The position numbers were made by a program, and so were the translations under genes. A stretch of 64,000 nt of DNA from Candidatus Pampinifervens sinense. GTDB lineage: Bacteria; Aquificota; Aquificia; Aquificales; Aquificaceae. The stretch lies in NCBI GenBank assembly GCA_037927135.1, contig JAXSPP010000004.1, positions 1 through 64,000 on the forward strand. The letters are read 5' to 3'. Shown here one piece after another: positions 1 through 7,719 of the stretch. The stretch's first letter is position 1; each line of letters begins with the position of its first letter. Under the pieces are notes generated by a model. That model had not been told where the DNA came from. It saw only the letters and a program-made list of their open reading frames with translations, and did no database searches.

Positions 1-24
1 TAGGTAAGGTGGTATAATTTCCAT
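1..24 (-). CDS. Probable 5' end of a gene running off the left edge (MEIIPPYL...)
   Basis: Minus-strand ATG at 24-22 with a GGAGGT Shine-Dalgarno at 37-32; only 8 codons are visible. Confidence 0.4.
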
Positions 25-149
25 GGTAAAAACCTCCGATGGTTTTTAGAGCTACTATTATAGTAGCCCTGCTGTCTTTTTATTGATATGGAAGGTTTAG
101 CTTAAAGGGAATTTCTCACTCGGCGTAATGTTATATAATATTTTCCAGT

Positions 150-902
150 ATGGCTGGGCATAGTCATTGGGCTCAGATAAAGCACAAGAAGGCTAAATTG
201 GACGCTCAAAGGGGCAAGATATTTACCAAGATAATACGCGAGATAACGGTTGCAGTCAGAGAAGGGGGACCTAATCCAGATACAAATCCTAGGCTTAGAA
301 CGGCTCTAGAGCATGCCAAAAGGGTAAATATGCCCTCGGAGACCATAGAAAGGGCTATAAAGAAGGGAACGGGTGAAATAGCTGGAGAAAACTACGAAGA
401 GGTGTTGTATGAAGGCTATGCACCCGGCGGTGTGGCGCTTATGATCATCACATACACTGACAACAGGAATAGGACAACTTCAGAGATAAGACATGTTCTG
501 TCAAAGCATGGTGGAAACCTCGGTGCTTCTGGCTGTGTATCCTTCCTCTTTGACAGGGTAGGTATCATTGAAGTGCCCAAGGAGGGCATAAGCGAAGAGG
601 AGATATACGAAAAGGCTATAGAGGCAGGTGTGGAGGATGTGGAGATAGGCGAGATAAATTACATCCTATACACAAAACCTGAAGACCTCTACTCTGTAAA
701 GGAGGCCTTAAGCTCTATGGGCCTTCCTATAGAAAGGGCTGAGATAGCTTATAAGCCAAACAGCTTTGTACAAATAAACGATGTGGAATCGGCAAAGAAG
801 GTTCTAAAGCTTATTGATGCCCTTGAGGACCTAGATGACGTTAAAGAGGTCATAGCCAACTTTGATATACCAAAGGAGATAATGGAGCAGGTAAGCCTCT
901 AA
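150..902 (+). CDS. yebC: YebC/PmpR (TACO1) family protein
   Basis: MAGHSHWAQIKHKK N-terminus, YEGYAPGG and TDNRNRT motifs, LEDLDDV C-terminus. Confidence 0.95.
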   Translation: MAGHSHWAQIKHKKAKLDAQRGKIFTKIIREITVAVREGGPNPDTNPRLRTALEHAKRVNMPSETIERAIKKGTGEIAGENYEEVLYEGYAPGGVALMIITYTDNRNRTTSEIRHVLSKHGGNLGASGCVSFLFDRVGIIEVPKEGISEEEIYEKAIEAGVEDVEIGEINYILYTKPEDLYSVKEALSSMGLPIERAEIAYKPNSFVQINDVESAKKVLKLIDALEDLDDVKEVIANFDIPKEIMEQVSL

Positions 903-1741
903 AATATTCTATCCAGTAGGACCACGAAGAAAAACACAAGGCTTATGTATCCGTTAACTGTGAAAAAGGCCTTGTTTATCTTTGAAAGGTCATAAGGCTT
1001 GATGAGGGAGTGCTCGTAGTATAAAAAGACCGCTATGGCCAAAAGACCAACAAGGTATATTAGACCTAAAAATTCTACCCTGAATAGCAGAAGGAGAAGA
1101 AAGATAAAGGTAAGAAGGTGCATAGCCTTTGAGATGAGTAAAGTCTTTTCTATACCAAACTTGACGGGTATAGACTTCAGACCATGGCTTTTGTCAAACT
1201 CGTAGTCTTGAAGGGCATATAAGATATCAAAGCCAGAGACCCAAAAGCCCATGGCTAGGCCAAGAAGGACGGCATTTAAGGAGAGGCTCTCGTTAAAAGC
1301 CACATCTATGGCAAGGGGTATAAGAAAGTAGATTAAGCCTAGGATAAGGTGAGGGTAATAGGTTATCCTTTTGGCATAGGGATACAGCCAAAGAAGGAAT
1401 AACACAAGGGGGGAAAGGAGGAAGGCATAGATGTTTATCATAAGGGAAGAGAGGAGGAAAAGGCCAGAGGAAAGCCATACGAGCTTTTTTATTTCTTCCT
1501 TTGATACCTCACCCCTCACATGAACCCAATCCTTTGTACGCGGGTTTAGCTTGTCTATAGGAAGGTCTATAAGCCTGTTTAGGGCCATGCCTGCCGTTCT
1601 GGCACTTATGAAGGCAAGGATCACCCAAAAAAGCTTCCAAAGGGAAGGCCAACCTTTGTATAAAAGGGCCACGCTAGCTAAGGCAAAGGGTAGAGCAAAG
1701 ATTGTATGTTCAAACTTTGTCAGTTCAAAGTACTTTTTCAT
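899..1741 (-). CDS. UbiA-family polyprenyltransferase (MqnP-like, quinone biosynthesis)
   Basis: KFEHTIFALPF, NRLIDLPIDKLNPRT and GFDILYALQDYEFD aspartate-rich motifs; multi-TM protein; alternative ATG at 1744. Confidence 0.85.
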   Translation of the reverse strand: MKKYFELTKFEHTIFALPFALASVALLYKGWPSLWKLFWVILAFISARTAGMALNRLIDLPIDKLNPRTKDWVHVRGEVSKEEIKKLVWLSSGLFLLSSLMINIYAFLLSPLVLFLLWLYPYAKRITYYPHLILGLIYFLIPLAIDVAFNESLSLNAVLLGLAMGFWVSGFDILYALQDYEFDKSHGLKSIPVKFGIEKTLLISKAMHLLTFIFLLLLLFRVEFLGLIYLVGLLAIAVFLYYEHSLIKPYDLSKINKAFFTVNGYISLVFFFVVLLDRIF

Positions 1742-2157
1742 CATATATCAAAGATGATCTCTGCTATCCACTGATCTCCTTCCTTTTCTACCTTTAGACC
1801 ATGGTAGGTGGCAGCTTTTATGACAAGCCTAGGCTCATGTCTCTCTGGATCAAACTTACTGCCCACAAGCTTCACCTTTGCATAGCTTTCGCTCACCTCC
1901 AAAACTTGGCATGAAGAGGCTACAAAAAGCTCCTTTTCGTGCAGGAAGATTGCCCTGTTTATGATGTCTGGAAGGAGAAAGGGGAGCTCAGAGCTCACCT
2001 CTATTATCCTCTCCTCTTTTGCCTCTACAGCATCTATGGGTGTTATCTCGTTAAAGGTTGCCAGCAAGCTTTTGCATATTAGCTCACCAAGGCTTTCTGC
2101 CCTTACCCTTATGCCTGCATCTGCTGTAATGCGGTCTATAGTTTCATAAAAGCTCAT
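1741..2157 (-). CDS. Archease (SHS2-fold)
   Basis: N-terminal D-x-x-TADAGI and C-terminal IKAATYHGL...IIFDI motifs. Confidence 0.9.
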   Translation of the reverse strand: MSFYETIDRITADAGIRVRAESLGELICKSLLATFNEITPIDAVEAKEERIIEVSSELPFLLPDIINRAIFLHEKELFVASSCQVLEVSESYAKVKLVGSKFDPERHEPRLVIKAATYHGLKVEKEGDQWIAEIIFDI

Positions 2158-2948
2158 AGCCCGAGCACCTCAAACATGGTATAAAAGCCAGGTGGCTTGC
2201 CCTTTATCCACCTGCTAGCCTCTATGGCACCCCTTGCGAATATGTCCCTTGAGGTGGCCCTATGTATAAGTTCTAGCCTTTCACCAAAGCCAAAAAAGTA
2301 GACGGTGTGCTCTCCTACCACATCCCCACCCCTCAAGGCCATAACACCTATCTCTTTTGCTTCTCTTTCTGAGAGGCCATCCCTTCCATGAACCTTCTTT
2401 TCAAGGCCCATAACCTTACAGATTATCTCCTCAAGCTTTAGGGCTGTACCGCTGGGAGCATCCTTTTTAAAACGGTGATGTATCTCCATCACCTCCACAT
2501 CAAAACCCTTATCTTTTAGAACCCTTCCAGCTATCTCCACAAGCTTAAAAAGTAGGTTGACTCCAAGGCTCATGTTGGGAGAGAGGAGTATGGGTGCATA
2601 GGAAGAGTAGGATCTTATCTCTTCAATTTCCTGTTCGTTGAAGCCTGTAGTGCCTATGACCACACCTTTTCCTGCAAGGGCAGAAAGCTTGGCATGGGAG
2701 ACGGCGGCGGTAGGGTTTCCAGAGAACTCTATAACCACATCGCACAAAGGCAATGCCTCTTCAAGCCTTGAGGTGAGTGGAAGGCCCTTCAGCTCTTGAA
2801 TGCCAGAGGCTTCTCCAAGGTCCTGTGATCTTACACAATCGGGATGTTCTACGCCCGCAACCACTTGAAAGTCTGAGTATTCAAGGGAAAGCCTGAGGAT
2901 GCTCTTGCCCATCCTTCCGAGGGCACCACAAACTACAGCCTTTGTCAT
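2154..2948 (-). CDS. dapB: 4-hydroxy-tetrahydrodipicolinate reductase
   Basis: GALGRMG, VIGTTG, EIHHRFKKDAPSGTA and RGGDVVGEH motifs. Confidence 0.97.
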   Translation of the reverse strand: MTKAVVCGALGRMGKSILRLSLEYSDFQVVAGVEHPDCVRSQDLGEASGIQELKGLPLTSRLEEALPLCDVVIEFSGNPTAAVSHAKLSALAGKGVVIGTTGFNEQEIEEIRSYSSYAPILLSPNMSLGVNLLFKLVEIAGRVLKDKGFDVEVMEIHHRFKKDAPSGTALKLEEIICKVMGLEKKVHGRDGLSEREAKEIGVMALRGGDVVGEHTVYFFGFGERLELIHRATSRDIFARGAIEASRWIKGKPPGFYTMFEVLGL

Positions 2949-3196
2949 TCTTCTTCCTCTTCACCAAAGATCATATCCTCAAGCTCTTCAACGGCATCTT
3001 CAGCTTGGTCTGGTGGCACGACGGAAGGATAGAGGGCCACCTGAATCCCTTCTGTGAAGAGGAACTTACTTATTATCTCCTGAAGCTTTTCTAGCTCTTC
3101 CGGTGTTAGGTCTCCCCTTATGCTCTCTTCAATGGGCTTGTTGGTAAAGAAAAAACCTACTAAGCTGAAGGGAACAGCGTAAAGTTGCTCTTCCAT
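2945..3196 (-). CDS. Small acidic hypothetical protein
   Basis: 83-aa ORF with AGGAGAG SD; ATGA overlap with dapB. Confidence 0.75.
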   Translation of the reverse strand: MEEQLYAVPFSLVGFFFTNKPIEESIRGDLTPEELEKLQEIISKFLFTEGIQVALYPSVVPPDQAEDAVEELEDMIFGEEEEE

Positions 3197-3244
3197 GACA
3201 CTCTCCTTTCTAGAGTTTTGTAAATTATATAATATCCTTTAACT

Positions 3245-4147
3245 ATGAGGCTGGCAAGCATTGATGTAGGTTCTTATTCTATAAGGTTAAGCGTGGCAGA
3301 CCTAGACGGTGGCCTAAAGCTCATTCACGAAGAGGGCACCATAACAGCTTTGGCAACGGATCTAAAGGAAAGGGGTCTTCTCAGAGAGGACAGGATGGAA
3401 GAGAGCTTACAAGTTATAAAGAGCTTTGTTGAAAAAGCAAAGAGCTTGGGTGCAGGGCGCATAAAGATAGTGGGCACAGAGGCTCTAAGGAGGGCAAAAA
3501 ACTCTTCAGAGTTTATAGAAAGGTTAAAGGAGCTTACAGGCATTGAGCTAAGGGTCATAGCACCTGAAGAGGAAGGAAGGTATGCCTTTTTATCGGTAGC
3601 CTACTCCCTTAGGCCTCAAGGGAGGTTTTGCATAATAGACCAAGGTGGAGGATCCACAGAGTTCGTCTGCGGAAGGGGCTTTCAGGTGGAGTCTCTTAGG
3701 TCCTTACCCTTTGGTATAGTAAACCTCACAGAAGAGTTCATCCATAGCGATCCACCAAAGCCTTACGAGCTGGAATCCCTCAAAAACTTCCTTGACGAGC
3801 AGATAAAGGAAGTGGTAGAGCCTTGCGACCAGCTTGTGGGCCTTGGTGGAACTATAACCACCATCACAGCCATAGAGTATGGCATATACCCATATAAAGG
3901 TGAGGAGGTGCATGGAAAGGAACTAAGCTTGGACAAGATCATGTTTTGGCTTGAGACTTTGAGCTCTATGAGGGAAAAAGACAGAATTGCTAGCTTTCCA
4001 CACATAGAGCCAAAGAGGGCAAGGGTGATAATTCCTGGGCTTTTGATCTTCTATAGGAGTATGATCCTTTTTGGAAAGGACAAAATAAAGGTAAGCGATT
4101 GGGGCCTAAAGGAAGGACTTTTGGTGGAGGAGGTTATAAAAAAGTAA
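3245..4147 (+). CDS. ppx: Ppx/GppA family phosphatase (short single-domain type)
   Basis: IDVGSYSIRL, TEALR, EEEG, DQGGGSTE and GLKEG ASKHA-family motifs. Confidence 0.92.
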   Translation: MRLASIDVGSYSIRLSVADLDGGLKLIHEEGTITALATDLKERGLLREDRMEESLQVIKSFVEKAKSLGAGRIKIVGTEALRRAKNSSEFIERLKELTGIELRVIAPEEEGRYAFLSVAYSLRPQGRFCIIDQGGGSTEFVCGRGFQVESLRSLPFGIVNLTEEFIHSDPPKPYELESLKNFLDEQIKEVVEPCDQLVGLGGTITTITAIEYGIYPYKGEEVHGKELSLDKIMFWLETLSSMREKDRIASFPHIEPKRARVIIPGLLIFYRSMILFGKDKIKVSDWGLKEGLLVEEVIKK

Positions 4148-4199
4148 AAAAAAGGGAGGAAAGGCGGGGGAGCAGGGGCTATATAGCTGGGCCAGCCCA

Positions 4200-5741
4200 T
4201 TAGAAGATCCACTGGAACTGCAAGGTGATGGCATCATTCTTTATTTTGACGTTTCCTTCATCAAGCTTTGTATACTCCAAGGTCCAACGGAAGTTTTCGT
4301 TGATATAGTAGTAGTTTATACCCACGCCTAGCTGTTTTATCTTGCCCAGGTAGCTTGTAGGGCTGTTGTTTTCACGTATAAAGTTTGTAGCATCTCCGTA
4401 GAACCTTGTAGCACTGCCACTTCCAACTTTAACTATCTGCGGTTTATACTCAGAGTAGCTTACATAAGGCTCAAACTTATGCTTGGACTGTGGATTTATC
4501 ATATATCCCGCCTTTACAAGCCAAAAGTCGTTCTTTATGCTCCTGTTGGGGTAGGTATTGTTAGCACTGTCGGTTAGAAGAAGGTTATCAAACTTTACTT
4601 GGCCCAATTCTGCCACAAAGGATATGGGCCCATGGTGCCAAGCAAAGTCTACGCCATAGAATTTCATATCAACCTTGTTGTCAAGGAGGACATTAGCTAG
4701 TGTTGTCAAAGGATTGGGTAGCAGTAAGTAGGGTATCCTCACATTAACAGTACCAGCCCCGTTCTCTGGTTGACCATTGTTACGAAAGCCTGGAGATATA
4801 CCTTGTGTATCGGTAATTATGTGCTGGTCTATATTGTTCTGAAAGGCATAAGAGACTCCAACTGTTACACCCTTTCTCTTGCCAAGATAGGTATCTCTGT
4901 AAAGCCAGTTGTATATGGCAGGCCTTCCCTCTGGGTCTCCAAAGCTAACAGTACCCCTAAGGGTTATAAGCGGGCTATTGGATGAGTTGCCTCTTGCCCG
5001 TGAAATACATTCAGCAGGAGAAATAGCACCACATGAAAGATTAGTTACCACAGTCTCATCCCATGGATTTCTAACGTTTTTGAAGCCACCAAACAAACCC
5101 AAAAAGCCATCCACGGTTATCTTAGAGTAGCCTTGTCCCCTGCCCGAAGCCCTTATATGCGCATACCCTCCGAAGGCTCTTCCTGTTACATCGCCTATGG
5201 TCAGGTGTGCCCACCTTAGAGTTGCGTTTGTCCTATCCAGGTCAATGTTGTCATAAGCCCTCTGGAATTGCTCTCTACCTAAAGGCACCCTTGGGTATCC
5301 AAGGTGTAGGTCAAGGGTTATACCCTTCATGTCGGTCATGGCGCTTGGCACAAGTATCACATCTAGCTCGTGTATAGTGCCCGTGTTTCTGTTGCTTTGC
5401 CTTTTGGCATGGGTTGGCTGTCCACCAAAAGGCGCATCGTAAGGATCTCTTCCAAAGTCGTTATCCCTCAAAACGAAGTTGAACTTAAACCAAGGGTTGA
5501 CACTTCCTCCAAACCTCAACCTCACCCTTCTGAAGAATACATCAGTCCTATCGCTTGCGTTTATAAAGTTTGGTCTGTTTTCACTGCTTATATCCTGCTG
5601 TCTAAACCATACTTGCATAAGAAGGTTTATGTCCATGTACTGTTCCTCTGATGCTCCAGAGAGTCTGATGGCATGAGAAAGATCTGGTGTAAATAAAACA
5701 GCGGTAAGCAAAAAGGCACCCACCACCTTTTTGTTTTTCAT
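4200..5741 (-). CDS. Outer-membrane beta-barrel porin (OprO/OprP-like anion-porin superfamily)
   Basis: Sec signal ending SHA; FRRVRLRFGG strand; GREQ...DLDR segment; alternating aromatic beta-strands; C-terminal LQFQWIF BAM signature; AGGAGG SD. Confidence 0.8.
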   Translation of the reverse strand: MKNKKVVGAFLLTAVLFTPDLSHAIRLSGASEEQYMDINLLMQVWFRQQDISSENRPNFINASDRTDVFFRRVRLRFGGSVNPWFKFNFVLRDNDFGRDPYDAPFGGQPTHAKRQSNRNTGTIHELDVILVPSAMTDMKGITLDLHLGYPRVPLGREQFQRAYDNIDLDRTNATLRWAHLTIGDVTGRAFGGYAHIRASGRGQGYSKITVDGFLGLFGGFKNVRNPWDETVVTNLSCGAISPAECISRARGNSSNSPLITLRGTVSFGDPEGRPAIYNWLYRDTYLGKRKGVTVGVSYAFQNNIDQHIITDTQGISPGFRNNGQPENGAGTVNVRIPYLLLPNPLTTLANVLLDNKVDMKFYGVDFAWHHGPISFVAELGQVKFDNLLLTDSANNTYPNRSIKNDFWLVKAGYMINPQSKHKFEPYVSYSEYKPQIVKVGSGSATRFYGDATNFIRENNSPTSYLGKIKQLGVGINYYYINENFRWTLEYTKLDEGNVKIKNDAITLQFQWIF

Positions 5742-5752
5742 AGTCCTACCTC

Positions 5753-6259
5753 CTATTGAACTTTTATGTAAGCAAAGCCTTGAGATTGTAAATGTCCTAT
5801 TACACCAACACCAGAAGGCACTATCTTTACAAACTCATGAAGCTTATTAGGATCAAGTCTAAGCCTCTGCAGTGTTATGTTGCATATGTAAAAATCAACA
5901 CCGTAGGCAAGAAGATCCTTTTCCATTTGATAAAGCTCGTTTATCTTTATTGGCTCAGTCTCCCAAGGACTACCAGATAGATCCTTCATGAAGAACTTTA
6001 CACCAGGACCGTGGGCAACAACCACTATCTTTATCCTGAGTGGATCATTATCGTAGACAGACAGATGATTCCTTATGTTTCCAAGCATAGCCTTAAACCT
6101 TGCCTCCTGTGGGAAATCACAGTGATAGACCACACCTATTTGTGCCTCCTTCTTTATGTCTTCCATCTTTACCTTAGGTGGTGCGGCATTTGCAAGCTTA
6201 TTTATAAAAGGCACAGAGGCCAGCAAAGTTACCCATTTGAAAAATCCTCTCCTGTCCAT
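5753..6259 (-). CDS. Tat-exported DsrE/DsrF-like (COG1416-type) protein
   Basis: Start reassigned to MDRRGFFK (twin-arginine signal, ANA cleavage site) behind a GGAGGT SD; VVYH, IVVVAHGPGV, ICNIT (conserved Cys), VPSGV and GFAYIK motifs. Confidence 0.85.
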   Translation of the reverse strand: MDRRGFFKWVTLLASVPFINKLANAAPPKVKMEDIKKEAQIGVVYHCDFPQEARFKAMLGNIRNHLSVYDNDPLRIKIVVVAHGPGVKFFMKDLSGSPWETEPIKINELYQMEKDLLAYGVDFYICNITLQRLRLDPNKLHEFVKIVPSGVGVIGHLQSQGFAYIKVQ

Positions 6260-6299
6260 GACCAATACCTCCTTTTTTCTTTCTCCTCTCCTTTTGAAA

Positions 6300-6316
6300 T
6301 GCAAAGAATATGCCAG
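6300..6316 (-). promoter_or_regulatory. Sigma-54 (-24/-12) promoter for the dsrE-like/porin operon
   Basis: Minus strand CTGGCATATTCTTTGCA: GG and GC exactly 10 nt apart, matching TGGCAC-N5-TTGCW; lies between a sigma-54 activator gene and the next operon. Confidence 0.85.
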
Positions 6317-6380
6317 AGGGCTACAGATTACATCTTTTAGACAAATCAAGGATTTCAAAAGGTATAGACTCTGCCACCTT

Positions 6381-6413
6381 TGCCACTTTGACCTTACTAT
6401 TGTCAAAATGGCA
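6381..6413. promoter_or_regulatory. Putative upstream activator sequences (two 13-bp pseudo-palindromic sites)
   Basis: TGCCACTTTGACC (6381-6393) and TGTCAAAATGGCA (6401-6413) are inverted copies (11/13 identical), 20 bp apart, about -92 to -124 from the predicted start site. Confidence 0.65.
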
Positions 6414-6415
6414 TA

Positions 6416-7719
6416 CTACATGAGGTTGTACCTTTTTAATTTTCTGTAGAAGGTCCTTAAAGGAATGTCCAGAAGCTCTGCAGCCTTCCTTTTGTTGAAG
6501 TTTGCTTTCTTTAGCGCCTCTTCAATCTTAGCCTTCTCTATCTCCTTAAGACTTTCAACCTTTCTACCAAGCTGTATACCCACATGATCTTCCTTGATCA
6601 ATGCTTCATTGCACAGTAGCACAGCCCTTTCTATCATGTTCTTTAGCTCCCTTACATTGCCCGGATAGTCATAGGAAAGAAGTAATCTTTTTACGCCCTC
6701 TGAGAACCCTTCTATCCTCTTGTTATACTTCCTTTTGAACCTCTCAAGAAAATGCTCCGCTAAAGGTAGTATATCCTCCTTCCTTTCTCTCAGTGGTGGA
6801 ACAACTATTTCAACAGTATTTAGCCTGTAGTATAAATCCTTTCTAAATAGCCCATCTTCTATGAGTTTTTGTATATCCCTGTTGGTTGCGGATATGATGC
6901 GCACATCGGCCTCTATCTCCTTCCTACCACCCACTCTATAAAACTTTTTCTCTTCTATAGCTCTCAGTAGCTTGGCCTGCAGGGCAAGATCAAGCTCTGT
7001 TATCTCATCTAAAAATAGAGTTCCACCTTTTGCAAGCTCCAAAAAGCCTTCTTTAGGTTGATTCGCTCCAGTGAAGGCCCCCTTTTCATATCCAAAAAGC
7101 TCTACCTCCAAAAGGTCCGTAGGTATGGCGGACACATTTATGGCTATAAAGGCCTTTTCCCTCCTGTCACTAAGTTTATGTATAAGCTTGGCCACAAGCT
7201 CCTTTCCAACTCCACTTTCACCTTGAATGAGAACATTACAATCGCTACAGGCTATCTTTTCAACTGTCTCAATTACCTTTTTCATAGCTGGGCTTACCAC
7301 AACCATCTCCTCTTCCATCAACCTTTTTTCCTGCTTTAAAAGCCTGTTTTCCCTCTTAAGGCTTAGCATGCTGTCAATCTTTTTGACAACTAGCTCAACC
7401 TCTTCCAAGCTACAGGGCTTGGTCAAAAAATCAAAGGCTCCAAGCTTCATAGCTTCAACGGCCGTCTTTATGGTTCCATGACCTGTTATTACAACGACCT
7501 CCTGGTTAGTGTTAGTCTCTTTTATTCTTTTTAATAGCTCCATACCGTTCATATCTGGCAAAAAAGGTCAAGCAGTATAATGTCATAGTGCTGTCTTTCT
7601 AAGTGTTCTATGGCGCTTTTCCCGCTTGCTACATGCTCTGTTAAGTAGCCCTTTTCCCTCAAAAACTTTGCCAAAAGCCACCCATACTCAACCTCATCCT
7701 CAACTATCAGTATTTTCAT
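6416..7719 (-). pseudogene. Sigma-54-dependent response regulator (REC-AAA+-HTH, NtrC1-like), frameshifted at 7560-7565
   Basis: MKILIVEDE...IILLDLF (from 7719) continues as LPDMNG...ITGHG...FLTKP in another frame; GESGVGKE, GAFTGA, LFLDEI, GNVRELKN and a Fis-type HTH are intact; one extra T restores a single ORF; may be a sequencing error. Confidence 0.85.

Noticed and set aside
4148-4199. Purine-rich gap between ppx and the porin gene as a terminator
   Set aside because: A T-tract exists on the minus strand, but no convincing stem directly precedes it
6260-6406. 49-codon N-terminal extension of the DsrE ORF in the ORF track
   Set aside because: It covers the sigma-54 promoter and enhancer; the SD and Tat signal point to ATG 6259
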